A stretch of 64,000 nt of DNA from an uncultured Roseovarius sp. (GTDB lineage Bacteria; Pseudomonadota; Alphaproteobacteria; Rhodobacterales; Rhodobacteraceae): positions 462,334 to 526,333 of the forward strand of contig CANMBU010000003.1 in the NCBI GenBank assembly GCA_947496175.1, given 5' to 3'. The translations under genes and the position numbers were made by a program. The stretch's first letter is position 1. The number at the start of each line of letters is the position of its first letter. Of the stretch, positions 37,536 through 49,392 are shown one piece after another. A model generated the notes under the pieces. The model did no database searches. It saw only the letters and a list, made by a program, of their open reading frames with translations, and had not been told where the DNA came from.

Positions 37536-38951
37536 ATGGCCGTAACGGGTAAAGATTTGATTGCATTGGGCTTTGAGCAAGGGCCTGAAATGGGCCGTGC
37601 GATAGAGACGGTCAATGCTCTGGGGCTCGAAGGGGAGGCGCTGGCCAATTGGGTTGACGCCAACAAACCCGCACCGCGGATCAAACTGCAGAAGAACCCT
37701 GGCTACCGCTTCAACCTTGAAGCCGAGACCGAGGATGAGGTCGACAACGTCGCCAAAGTGCGCGCGACGATGGATGTCTTGATGCGCACGCCCACGTTGG
37801 TGGATGGGGCAGTGATGCCAGACGCCTGTCCTGCCGGGCCTGAGGGCACGATCCCCGTGGGCGGCGTGGCCGTGGCCCAGAACGCGATTCATCCCGGCAT
37901 GCATTCGGCGGATATCTGTTGTTCGGTGATGGTAACGGAGTTCGCCGATGCCGAGCCACAGGACATTTTGAACGCCATTCATGAGGCCACGCATTTTGGC
38001 CCCGGCGGGCGGCCCAATGGCATGCGCTTTACCATGTCGCCGGATCTCTATGATGCGTTTCGCGGAAATGCATTCCTGAACGACAAAAAGATCCTTCAGG
38101 CCGCGCAAGAACACCTGGGCACGCAAGGGGACGGCAACCATTTTGCCTATGTCGGCCGCTCCGAGGCCAACGGCACGACTTGTCTTGTCACGCATCACGG
38201 TTCTCGCGGACCGGGGGCGGGGCTCTATAAGCTTGGGATGCGCTGTGCCGAAGTGTATCGCACAAAGCTGTCTGAAGGCGTGAAGAAGCAAAATGCCTGG
38301 ATCCCGGCGGATACCGAGGATGGCGAGGCCTATTGGGAGGCGTTGCAGCTTATTCGCAAATGGACCAAAGCCAACCACAACGCGCTGCATGAGCGCGCGG
38401 CGATGGTCGCAGGGACAGATGTGCGTGAGCGGTTCTGGAACGAGCACAACTTTGTCTTCCGCAAAGGCGACCTGTTCTATCACGCCAAGGGGGCCACGCC
38501 GATTGACCCCGAGATGCTGCCCGATACCAACGGGACGCAAATCGTGCCGATGAACATGGCTGAGCCGGTTCTGCTGGTGCGCGGAACTGTACATGACGGC
38601 AACCTCGGCTTTGCGCCACACGGGGCAGGGCGGAACATGTCGCGCTCGGCGCATAAGCGGGCTCTTGAGGGGCGCACAGACCAATCCGTTTTCGATGAGG
38701 AAACGGCAGGTCTCGACGTGCGCTTCTACTCGGGCAACGTGGACATATCCGAGTTGCCTTCGGCCTATAAATCCGCTTCTGCCGTGCAGGCACAGATGAA
38801 GCAGTTTGATCTGGCCGACACAGCGGACCGCATCCTGCCTTATGGCTCGATCATGGCCGGAGACTGGGAACGTGACGCGCCGTGGAAGAAGAAAGCGGCG
38901 GCCAAACGGGCGGCGCGTGCCCGACGTGAGGCGCGGGGCGCTCAGACATGA
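37536..38951 (+). CDS. rtcB: RtcB-family 3'-5' RNA ligase
   Basis: MPDAC, IPVGGV, DICCS, LGTQGDGNHF, HHGSRG, PHGAGR. Confidence 0.88.
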   Translation: MAVTGKDLIALGFEQGPEMGRAIETVNALGLEGEALANWVDANKPAPRIKLQKNPGYRFNLEAETEDEVDNVAKVRATMDVLMRTPTLVDGAVMPDACPAGPEGTIPVGGVAVAQNAIHPGMHSADICCSVMVTEFADAEPQDILNAIHEATHFGPGGRPNGMRFTMSPDLYDAFRGNAFLNDKKILQAAQEHLGTQGDGNHFAYVGRSEANGTTCLVTHHGSRGPGAGLYKLGMRCAEVYRTKLSEGVKKQNAWIPADTEDGEAYWEALQLIRKWTKANHNALHERAAMVAGTDVRERFWNEHNFVFRKGDLFYHAKGATPIDPEMLPDTNGTQIVPMNMAEPVLLVRGTVHDGNLGFAPHGAGRNMSRSAHKRALEGRTDQSVFDEETAGLDVRFYSGNVDISELPSAYKSASAVQAQMKQFDLADTADRILPYGSIMAGDWERDAPWKKKAAAKRAARARREARGAQT

Positions 38952-39553
38952 GCGTCGCGGTTGCCTCTTTCCTGGTTTTCGGCGCAAGCCAAGTCGGCAC
39001 GCCGGGACCTGCCAATATGGCCTTGCTGGCCACGGGCGCGCGGTTTGGGTTTCGCGCAGCACTGCCGTTTGTGTTCGGCGTGGTTCTGGGCAAGCAACTC
39101 ATCATCTGGCCCATCGGGTTTGGCCTGATGGAACTTGCGGAAACGCAGCCACTGATCTTTGAAACTCTGAAATGGGTTTCGGCGGCTTACATTTGTTGGC
39201 TCGCGTGGAAGGTGGCCAATATGCGGCTCGATCCAGCCGAGGCGGGATCACAAGCCCCTGGATTCATTGCCGGATTGGTGGTTCATCCGCTCAACCCCAA
39301 GGCTTGGGCGATGATCGTCACGGGCTTTACCAATTTCGTGAGCCCGGGCACGCCCACCTTGCAGGCAACGGCCACCATCGCCATCTCATTGATGGCGCTG
39401 CAACTCATTTTGCATCCGCTTTGGTCGCTGGGAGGCGACCGGATTGCCCGCACGGTCGCAGGCACGCCTGCGGAACCATACTTGATGCGCGGGCTGGCGA
39501 TTTTGACCGTGGCATCCGTGCTCTTTGTGCTTTTTGGAGGAGAAGGCGCGTGA
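38948..39553 (+). CDS. LysE-family translocator
   Basis: GTPGPAN, HPLNPKAW, TM helices. Confidence 0.88.
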   Translation: MSVAVASFLVFGASQVGTPGPANMALLATGARFGFRAALPFVFGVVLGKQLIIWPIGFGLMELAETQPLIFETLKWVSAAYICWLAWKVANMRLDPAEAGSQAPGFIAGLVVHPLNPKAWAMIVTGFTNFVSPGTPTLQATATIAISLMALQLILHPLWSLGGDRIARTVAGTPAEPYLMRGLAILTVASVLFVLFGGEGA

Positions 39554-40095
39554 AACTCAAAGCTGTTCAACACGACACCCTGATCGACGCAGGCCGGTTT
39601 GATCTGCGCCCAATCCAGCCCTCGGATGCCGGGCTGCTTGTGCTTTATGGCGGTGATAGACGGGTGGCATGGAACACCACGGATATTCCCCACCCCCTAC
39701 CACCGGGCACAGCCGAGGCGTTTATCGACCGTGTGGTGGACACTGAACATCCAGAGGACGTCTGGGTTATGGATGCCACGCGCATGGGCGGGGCCGAGGT
39801 CATGGGCGTCATCGGGTTGGAACGTATGGACCGCGAACAATCCGAAATCGGCTATTGGGTGGCGCCGGCCTATTGGAATTCGGGCGTGGCATCGACCGCT
39901 GTAGAGGCAATTTTGCAGGCCAATCCGCAAAAGGCCCGTACGATTTTCGCCAGTGTCTTTCAGGACAACGCCGCATCGGCGCGGGTGCTGACCATTTGCG
40001 GTTTTGAGTATTTGGGCGATGCAGAGAGCTTTTCGGTCGCGCGCAACAGCACGGTGCCGACATGGACATACAGCCGGAAATCTCCCGATGTCTGA
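39550..40095 (+). CDS. GNAT (RimJ/RimL-like) acetyltransferase
   Basis: GTG overlaps upstream stop; EIGYWV..YWNSGVAS; NAASARVL. Confidence 0.85.
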   Translation: MKLKAVQHDTLIDAGRFDLRPIQPSDAGLLVLYGGDRRVAWNTTDIPHPLPPGTAEAFIDRVVDTEHPEDVWVMDATRMGGAEVMGVIGLERMDREQSEIGYWVAPAYWNSGVASTAVEAILQANPQKARTIFASVFQDNAASARVLTICGFEYLGDAESFSVARNSTVPTWTYSRKSPDV

Positions 40096-40591
40096 GACAG
40101 TGTATGCCACGACAGACCGTTTGACATGGCGTGCCGCCACGCTGGCGGATCTGGAGGCCGTGCATGCGATTGCGTCTGAATTCGAGGTGGTGCGCCAGAC
40201 ATCAACCTGGCCATGGCCTGCAGATCGCGGTTTTACCGCAAGCCGGTGTCAACCGATGCCAAAGAACGAAGGTCTTGGTGGCGTGGTGACATCCCAAGGC
40301 GAGGTGATCGGCATGATGGGCTTGGACCATGGCAAAATGGGCTACATGTTTGCACCTGCGCAGTGGGGCAAAGGCTATGCCACCGAGCTGGGGCGTGCGG
40401 CGATCGATGTGATCTTTGCGCGTTATGATTGGTCCCGAATCGAGGCTTGCGTGTTTGATGACAACCCTGCTTCGGGACGGGTTCTGGAAAAACTGGGCTT
40501 TGCACGTGTTGGCCCCTGCGAAGGGCCGAGCGCCGCGCGGGGCGGCGTTTTCCCGATCATCAATTATGCCCTGCCGCGACCACAGGCTTGA
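40088..40591 (+). CDS. GNAT (RimJ/RimL-like) acetyltransferase
   Basis: MGYMF..QWGKGYATE; DNPASGRVLEKLGF. Confidence 0.85.
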   Translation: MSETVYATTDRLTWRAATLADLEAVHAIASEFEVVRQTSTWPWPADRGFTASRCQPMPKNEGLGGVVTSQGEVIGMMGLDHGKMGYMFAPAQWGKGYATELGRAAIDVIFARYDWSRIEACVFDDNPASGRVLEKLGFARVGPCEGPSAARGGVFPIINYALPRPQA

Positions 40592-40635
40592 GCCGCGCGC
40601 CGTTTCGCTCTATCGCAAGCCCTGACAGTTACTAG

Positions 40636-42776
<2,141 letters not shown>

Positions 42777-42819
42777 CCGCGTACGATTTACTTTGGCGCA
42801 AGAGACAAAAGGTGCTGCC

Positions 42820-44085
42820 ATGAAAGACCTCGACAATATTCCTGCGCTGATGGATGAGATCGGTGCGCGTGCGAAGATTGCAGCTCGTGCGCTGGCCGTG
42901 GCTTCGGCAGACGTCAAGCAACAGGCGCTTGAGGCGGCGGCAGATGCGGTCTGGGCGGGGCGTGCGGGCATCATTGCGGCCAACGCAAAGGATCTCGATT
43001 ATGGCCGTGACAAGGGGCTGTCGGATGCGATGATGGACCGCCTGATGCTGGATGAAGCGCGCATTCATGGCATTTGCGAAGGGCTGCGCGCTGTGGCCGC
43101 GCAAGATGATCCGGTTGGGGAGGTCATGGCCGAATGGGATCGTCCCAATGGCCTGCATATCAAACGCGTGCGCACACCTTTGGGCGTCATTGGCGTGATT
43201 TATGAAAGCCGCCCCAACGTGACGGCGGATGCAGGGGCGCTCTGCCTCAAATCCGGGAATGCGGTGATCCTGCGGGGTGGCTCTGAGAGTTTTCATTCTT
43301 CCGGCGCGATTCACACATGTCTGGTCGAAGGGCTAGCCGAAGCAGGTCTGCCGGAAGACGCCATCCAGCTTGTCCCGACGCGGGACCGCGCAGCGGTTCA
43401 GGCAATGCTGACCATGACCGACACTATCGATGTGATCGTGCCGCGTGGTGGCAAGGGTCTTGTCGGGTTGGTGCAGCGTGAGGCAAGGGTGCCGGTTTTT
43501 GCCCATCTCGAAGGCATCGTGCATATCTATATCGACAAACACGCCGATCCGGACAAGGCGCTCAAGGTTGTGATCAACGCCAAAACACGACGCACTGGAA
43601 TCTGCGGTGCGGCCGAATGCCTTTTGGTGCATGAGGATGTGGTTGACACGATCGGACAGGGCGTCATGCGCGCGCTGATGGAGAAGGGTGTGGAGCTACG
43701 TGCGGATGCGGCTCTGCAAAGTGTCGAGGGAACCAAACCTGCCTCAGAGGAGGATTGGGGATTCGAGTTCCTGGCGATGATCATGGCTGCAAAACGCGTG
43801 AAGAATGCTGATGAAGCAATTGATCATATTCGAAAATATGGCTCCAACCACACCGATTGCATCATCACTGAGGACGACGCAACAGCGGATAGGTTCTTTG
43901 CCCGCCTCGACAGTGCGATCCTTATGCGCAACGCCTCAACCCAGTTCGCCGATGGTGGAGAATTCGGCATGGGTGCCGAGATTGGCATTGCCACCGGCAA
44001 GATGCATGCGCGCGGCCCGGTGGGCGCCGCGCAACTGACGAGTTTCAAGTATCTTGTGACGGGGGATGGTGCGACGCGGGCGTGA
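42820..44085 (+). CDS. proA: Gamma-glutamyl phosphate reductase
   Basis: [38 protein letters not shown]. Confidence 0.95.
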   Translation: MKDLDNIPALMDEIGARAKIAARALAVASADVKQQALEAAADAVWAGRAGIIAANAKDLDYGRDKGLSDAMMDRLMLDEARIHGICEGLRAVAAQDDPVGEVMAEWDRPNGLHIKRVRTPLGVIGVIYESRPNVTADAGALCLKSGNAVILRGGSESFHSSGAIHTCLVEGLAEAGLPEDAIQLVPTRDRAAVQAMLTMTDTIDVIVPRGGKGLVGLVQREARVPVFAHLEGIVHIYIDKHADPDKALKVVINAKTRRTGICGAAECLLVHEDVVDTIGQGVMRALMEKGVELRADAALQSVEGTKPASEEDWGFEFLAMIMAAKRVKNADEAIDHIRKYGSNHTDCIITEDDATADRFFARLDSAILMRNASTQFADGGEFGMGAEIGIATGKMHARGPVGAAQLTSFKYLVTGDGATRA

Positions 44086-44680
44086 TACGGATCTCAGCAT
44101 AGTTCGGTGTAAGCCGCGTAGAACAAGCCATGCCAATTCCCGGCAATAGCTCTGGCAAAATTGCAAATTGTACCGCAGCGGGCGTCAAAGATTGCGCCAG
44201 ATCGGTTCCATTGAGCAAGCCCCACAACTCTGGATCAGGTTTCAGTCGATCGCTCTGCGCGATCACGTTCCAGGTTCCATTCTGCTCGGTTATCGCGATT
44301 TGACCGCCATAAGGGATTGCCTGCTCAGCGCACAGTATCGCCAGCAGGATCGCGCGCACCTGACTGCGGGGATGGACGCCTTGGGGGAAATCGCTGATCT
44401 TTAACCGGCCATCGGTCTGCAAGTCGTGCAAAATCGTGTTCACTTCTTCTGCACCGGTCATCTGATCCTCAGATGCCATGCCAAAGGCCAGCCGGAAAAA
44501 CCGGATGCGCGCATTGGCATAAGTGACGCTTTGCGAGATAAGTGACATCTCGGGGCTTTCGGTCGAATTTGACAGCTGCATCAATTCAAGCCCGTTATTC
44601 ACTGCGCCAAGCGGACTGATCAGGTCATGACAAATGCGCGACCCTATCATCGTTGCTAGGCTGTTGGTATTATACGACAC
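44045..44680 (-). CDS. chpT: Histidine phosphotransferase of the CckA-ChpT-CtrA relay
   Basis: [21 protein letters not shown]; FFRLAFG. Confidence 0.88.
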   Translation of the reverse strand: MSYNTNSLATMIGSRICHDLISPLGAVNNGLELMQLSNSTESPEMSLISQSVTYANARIRFFRLAFGMASEDQMTGAEEVNTILHDLQTDGRLKISDFPQGVHPRSQVRAILLAILCAEQAIPYGGQIAITEQNGTWNVIAQSDRLKPDPELWGLLNGTDLAQSLTPAAVQFAILPELLPGIGMACSTRLTPNYAEIRITPASHHPPSQDT

Positions 44681-44712
44681 GTCTTTTTCTCCTGCTCAAG
44701 GGCCAAAACGAT

Positions 44713-44895
44713 ATGAGCGACCTGAATTCCATTCTGGAACCCGGCATGCTGGTCCAGCACCCCCAAAAACCCGACTGGGGCACAGGGCAGGTCCAGTCAA
44801 ATGTCGGGGGTAAAGTTACAGTCAATTTTCCCGAAGCGGGAAAGGTGGTCATCGATGGGACTCGGGTTGCTCTGATGCCGGTCATCGAACCATAA
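44713..44895 (+). CDS. DUF3553-like small SH3-fold protein
   Basis: LEPGMLVQHP..PDWG.GQVQS..TVNF. Confidence 0.8.
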   Translation: MSDLNSILEPGMLVQHPQKPDWGTGQVQSNVGGKVTVNFPEAGKVVIDGTRVALMPVIEP

Positions 44896-44912
44896 GGGTG
44901 GTTAGTAAAGGA

Positions 44913-44927
44913 TTAACACTCGTTTAA
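44913..44927. promoter_or_regulatory. CtrA-type box
   Basis: TTAA-CACTCGT-TTAA exact TTAA-N7-TTAA. Confidence 0.6.
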
Positions 44928-45044
44928 AGTGTGTATCAAGCGAAACCACTCGTCAATGGTGTTCTGACACTTAAGAACATCTGCATGGGTTGCAGGCCAG
45001 CTGCGAATGCCAGTAGAACGCCACGAAAAGGAGCGTGATCCCAA

Positions 45045-45812
45045 ATGCTGTCTGACGCGGCGCAGTTCACCGTCCGGCTTGCTGAGAACGACGCCGATCT
45101 GCGCGCGGCGCAGCGTTTGCGCTATGATGTTTTCATCGACGAGCTGGGGGGCGATGGGCCACTGGTGGATCATGACGCTCGACTGGAGCGGGACCAGTTT
45201 GACCCGTTCTTCGATCACCTGTTGCTACTGGATGAAGCGCGCTCGGGAGACATCGTAGGCGTCTACCGGCTGCTACGAGATGATCAGGCCGCGCAGGTGG
45301 GACAGTTCTATTCAGAAGATGAGTATGATCTGAGTGTCCTGAAGCGGTCTGGCCGCAAATGCATGGAATTGGGGCGCTCTTGTCTGGCGCGCGACTATCG
45401 TGGCGGAGCGGCAATGTATCACCTCTGGAACGGACTGGCGCAGTATATAGCTGAGCACAAAGTCGAAATTCTTTTCGGCGTGGCAAGTTTTCACGGCACC
45501 GACGCGCGGTCGCTCGCACAGCCCTTATCGCTTTTGCATCACCGTCATCTGGCGCCTGAAGCCTTGCGGGTGCGGGCGTTGGAGACGTCTTTTCAGAACA
45601 TGAACCTGCTGCCGGAGGCCCAGATTGACAGAAGGGCCGCCATGCTGGCGGTTCCCGCACTGATCAAGGCGTATCTGAGGCTTGGTGGATTTGTCGGCGA
45701 AGGCGCCTTTATTGACCACGCCTTCAACACCACAGATGTCTGCCTGATCATGGATACAGACCGGTTAAGCGAACGGCGGAAAAACATTTACTCCAAAGAA
45801 GTTAAAGCATGA
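45045..45812 (+). CDS. olsB: L-ornithine N-acyltransferase (ornithine lipid synthesis)
   Basis: AQRLRYDVF, D.FDPFFDHL, ELGRSC, PALIKAYLRLG; upstream of an acyltransferase. Confidence 0.8.
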   Translation: MLSDAAQFTVRLAENDADLRAAQRLRYDVFIDELGGDGPLVDHDARLERDQFDPFFDHLLLLDEARSGDIVGVYRLLRDDQAAQVGQFYSEDEYDLSVLKRSGRKCMELGRSCLARDYRGGAAMYHLWNGLAQYIAEHKVEILFGVASFHGTDARSLAQPLSLLHHRHLAPEALRVRALETSFQNMNLLPEAQIDRRAAMLAVPALIKAYLRLGGFVGEGAFIDHAFNTTDVCLIMDTDRLSERRKNIYSKEVKA

Positions 45813-46639
45813 GTTTCACCTGGGATGGTGGAGATGAACCCAAGCCGGGTCGCATTGGCGCTTTGGGGTGTGTGCGGGCGATTATCCGAGGCTCGGCCAT
45901 GGTACTTGTGTTGCTCACAGGTCTTCTGCTTACACTCATATTGCGCCCGATAGAGAGGCTAATCTGGGACATGCGGCGACCGCTGACGGCGCCTGTGACA
46001 CAAAATGTGTTTCGTGTCGGGCTTTGGGTTCTCGGTTTACGGCGCGAAACTGTGGGTCGCCCGATGCAAACGGGTGGCGCGGTGGTGGCCAACCATTCTT
46101 CGTGGCTCGATATCCTGGTGCTCAATGCCGGTCAGCGGGTTGTCTTTGTGTCCAAGGCCGAAGTGGCAGGTTGGCCAGTGATCGGCTGGCTGGCGCGTCT
46201 TGTCGACACGGCCTTCATCCGACGCAATCGGCATGAGGCGATGGCTCAGGGCGCAATGTTTCGTGCGCGGATGGAGGGCGGTCAGAAGCTGTTGTTCTTC
46301 CCCGAGGGCACGTCCACGGACGGAATGAGAGTTTTGCCCTTTAAATCAACACTTTTCGAAGCGTTTTTCGCACAAAGCCTGCGTGACATCGCCTATATTC
46401 AGCCGGTGACAGTGGTGTATGACGCGCCGAAAAACTCAGATGAACCCAGGTTTTATGGATGGTGGGGAGATATGGATCTGGGTCCGCATGTGTTGCAGGT
46501 TCTGGCGGCAACACGGCAAGGACGTGTACGGGTGATCTACCATGCGCCTTTGGCTGTCGCGGATTTCGACGGGCGCAAGACGTTGGCGGTTGAACTGGAA
46601 AAGCATGTCCGCAGCGGGATGCCGGAAGGACGACAATAG
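45809..46639 (+). CDS. olsA: Lyso-ornithine lipid acyltransferase
   Basis: NHSSWLD, FVSKAEV, FPEGTST; coupled to olsB. Confidence 0.78.
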   Translation: MSFTWDGGDEPKPGRIGALGCVRAIIRGSAMVLVLLTGLLLTLILRPIERLIWDMRRPLTAPVTQNVFRVGLWVLGLRRETVGRPMQTGGAVVANHSSWLDILVLNAGQRVVFVSKAEVAGWPVIGWLARLVDTAFIRRNRHEAMAQGAMFRARMEGGQKLLFFPEGTSTDGMRVLPFKSTLFEAFFAQSLRDIAYIQPVTVVYDAPKNSDEPRFYGWWGDMDLGPHVLQVLAATRQGRVRVIYHAPLAVADFDGRKTLAVELEKHVRSGMPEGRQ

Positions 46640-46655
46640 AGGACGTGACGCAGGC

Positions 46656-47276
46656 CTAGCGCATTGCAGAGACTAAGCGTTCAAGAGCCTTGCTCGGCGT
46701 GTCCTGTCGCCAAATCTCATCACCGATGCCAAAGAAATCCGTATTCGGTGTCAGGGTTTGGATCGTGCCCGGGTCAAGCGCACCTTCGGCAACCACGGGA
46801 ATTTCAATCATTTGCGACCACCACTCAAAAAGCTCAGGATCGGCCTGCGTGCCATCTCCCAGTGCCGAGAGGCCCGCGGGGCCAAAGCCAATGTAATCGG
46901 CCCCGGATTCACCTGCATTCATGCCTTCATGTCGCGAGGTTCCGCAAAAAGCTCCGACGATGGCATCCGCTCCAAGCGCCTTACGCGCTTTGCGCACCGA
47001 GCGCGCACCATCGGTCAGGTGGACACCGTCAAGGCCCAATCGCTCGGCCAGCACAAAATGTGTGTCGATCACCAGCGCAACATCACGCGGCGTGGTCACG
47101 TCGCGACAGGCATCAGCCGCACGGCACAGCGTGTCCTCGTCATGGCTTGAAAGCGCCAGTCGCACGCAGGCCACTTCATGCGCATCCAGTACATCCGCCA
47201 ATTGCCCGGGAAAACGGCTCAATTCAATCTCGGAGGGTGTAATGAGGTAAAGGCGCGGTGGCTCTGTCTCGGCCAT
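46656..47276 (-). CDS. Thiamine-phosphate synthase-like TIM barrel protein
   Basis: LYLITP, LDGVHL, GADYIGFG, PVVAEG. Confidence 0.8.
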   Translation of the reverse strand: MAETEPPRLYLITPSEIELSRFPGQLADVLDAHEVACVRLALSSHDEDTLCRAADACRDVTTPRDVALVIDTHFVLAERLGLDGVHLTDGARSVRKARKALGADAIVGAFCGTSRHEGMNAGESGADYIGFGPAGLSALGDGTQADPELFEWWSQMIEIPVVAEGALDPGTIQTLTPNTDFFGIGDEIWRQDTPSKALERLVSAMR

Positions 47277-47437
47277 GTTCTGGTCTTTCTGCAGCTCGTT
47301 GCGCTGCTATAGCGGCAATTTGGTGCGGGTGTCTATGTTCGGCATGCCTTCGGCGAGGATATTTCCGGCAAGAAGAAAGGCTTGGGGGTTTTCAGGCTCA
47401 CGCCTGTGGCCTAAAGCGAAGGCATGGAGGATGGATG

Positions 47438-48181
47438 ATGCCAGGTGTTCAGGCTCAACCCAGTTTTGTACTGGTGCGTCCACAGATGGGCGAGAATATT
47501 GGCGCAGCGGCGCGGGCAATGTGGAATTTCGGCTTGGATCGGATGGTGGTTGTGGCCCCGCGTGATGGCTGGCCCAATCCGGCGGCAGATGCCATGGCCA
47601 GCGGCGCAGGGCGGCTTTTGGATGAGGCGCGGCTGGTTGATGAATTGCCACAGGCCGTGGCCGAAGATCATTTCGTGATGGCAACCACCGCGCGGATGCG
47701 TGATCTGACCAAGCCCGTGCTGAGCCCGGAGGAGGCCATGCGGCAGGCGGCCGAACGCATTGCGCGTCATGAGCGGGTATCGGTTCTTTTCGGGCCGGAG
47801 CGTGCAGGTCTGGAGAATGACGACATTGCCCGCGCCAATGCGCTTATCAACGTGCCTGTGAACCCGGAGTTTCCAAGCCTGAACCTGGCGCAGTGTGTTT
47901 TGCTTTGCGGTTATGAATGGCGCCGAGCCACACAAGAGATCATGTCCGAACGGGTCGATATGGCGGGAACAGTCCCTGCCTCTCAGGACGAGGTTGACGC
48001 GCTTTCAGCCCACTATGAAGAGCGCTTGGGTCAGGCCGGGTTCTTTTTCCCTGACGAAAAAGCCCAAAGCATGAAGACCAACCTGCGCAACATGTGGAGC
48101 CGGATGCCCCTCACGCGTGCAGATGTGCAGATGCTGCACGGTGTTCTGCGGCAAATGGTGCGCTGGAAGGAGCGTGGTTGA
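47438..48181 (+). CDS. SpoU/TrmJ-family RNA methyltransferase
   Basis: LVRPQMGENIGAAARAMWNFG; FGPERAGL; SLNLAQ. Confidence 0.9.
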   Translation: MPGVQAQPSFVLVRPQMGENIGAAARAMWNFGLDRMVVVAPRDGWPNPAADAMASGAGRLLDEARLVDELPQAVAEDHFVMATTARMRDLTKPVLSPEEAMRQAAERIARHERVSVLFGPERAGLENDDIARANALINVPVNPEFPSLNLAQCVLLCGYEWRRATQEIMSERVDMAGTVPASQDEVDALSAHYEERLGQAGFFFPDEKAQSMKTNLRNMWSRMPLTRADVQMLHGVLRQMVRWKERG

Positions 48182-48232
48182 AGGCAACCCACGGCAGAGC
48201 TAGGTTGCCGTCAAACGACCGGGGACAAGGAA

Positions 48233-49372
48233 ATGAGCGAAAAACGCAGCATCTTTGAAGACGTCGGCGAAGGGACGCCGCAGCCTGCTGCACCGAAGGG
48301 TGGTATGATTGATGCAGGAAAGCGCGGCGCACGTGGCGCGGTGCGGCTGTGGCTGATTGTGCTGTTTGCCTTGGTTGTTGTCATGATCGCTGTGGGCGGG
48401 CTGACGCGGCTCACCGACAGCGGGTTGAGCATTACCGAGTGGAAACCCGTGACCGGTGCCTTGCCGCCAATGGACACAGCCACCTGGGAGGAGGAGTTCG
48501 AGAAGTACCGTGCCATCCCTGAATATCAGTTGCAGAACAAAGGGATGAGCCTTGAGGAGTTCAAGGTTATTTATTGGTGGGAATGGGGTCACCGGCAATT
48601 GGGTCGGGTGATCGGTCTTGTTTGGGCGGTTGGTTTTCTTGGTTTCCTGGCTCTGCGAAAAATCCCTCCAGGCTGGAACGGGAGATTACTGTTACTAGGC
48701 GTGCTGGGCGGCGCTCAGGGCGCCATCGGCTGGTGGATGGTAAGCTCTGGCTTGCGCGGCGAGATGCTTGACGTTGCGTCTTATCGGCTGGCCGTGCATC
48801 TGGGGCTGGCCTTTGTGATCCTTGGCTTCATCGCTTGGTATGTCATGCTGTTGGGCCGTGAAGAACGCGAGCTCATGCAGGCCCGGCGCGGGCGAGAGGC
48901 CAAACTTTCTGGTCTCTCAACCGGCTGGCTTCACTTTGCCTTTCTGCAGATTCTCATCGGAGCACTGGTCGCCGGGATAGACGCAGGACGCACCTTCACG
49001 GATTGGCCTTTGATGGCCGGAGGCGTTCTGCCCCCCGATGTCTGGATGGCAGATTTGGGTCTGCGCAATTTCTTTGAAAATCCCGGACTGGTGCAATTCA
49101 TCCATCGCGTCGCCGGGTACATATTGCTGGCATTTGCCATTATGGTCTGGCTCAAGGGACGCAAGAGTGCACATGCCGCCACACGCGCGGCCTTCTCCGC
49201 CGCTTTCCTCGCACTTCTGGCACAGATTGTGCTGGGCGTGATCACAGTGCTCTATGTCGCAGCCTGGCAAGTGGCGATCGTGCATCAGTTTGTGGCGGTT
49301 GTGCTTTGGGTGATGATCCTTCGGGCAAGGTTTTTGAGCCAATATCCAATTGCGCAGTCGGTGCGCGGGTAA
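48233..49372 (+). CDS. ctaA: Heme A synthase
   Basis: GGLTRLTDSGLSITEW, EWGHR, AVHL, QFIHR, HQ. Confidence 0.93.
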   Translation: MSEKRSIFEDVGEGTPQPAAPKGGMIDAGKRGARGAVRLWLIVLFALVVVMIAVGGLTRLTDSGLSITEWKPVTGALPPMDTATWEEEFEKYRAIPEYQLQNKGMSLEEFKVIYWWEWGHRQLGRVIGLVWAVGFLGFLALRKIPPGWNGRLLLLGVLGGAQGAIGWWMVSSGLRGEMLDVASYRLAVHLGLAFVILGFIAWYVMLLGREERELMQARRGREAKLSGLSTGWLHFAFLQILIGALVAGIDAGRTFTDWPLMAGGVLPPDVWMADLGLRNFFENPGLVQFIHRVAGYILLAFAIMVWLKGRKSAHAATRAAFSAAFLALLAQIVLGVITVLYVAAWQVAIVHQFVAVVLWVMILRARFLSQYPIAQSVRG

Positions 49373-49392
49373 TCATCGCAACGAGGGTAAAG

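Noticed and set aside
37419-39062. 547-aa antisense ORF, and similar long shadow ORFs (8846-9928, 10596-11438, 15221-16117, 40564-41412)
   Set aside because: Opposite-strand shadows of well-supported genes, common in GC-rich coding DNA, with no motifs
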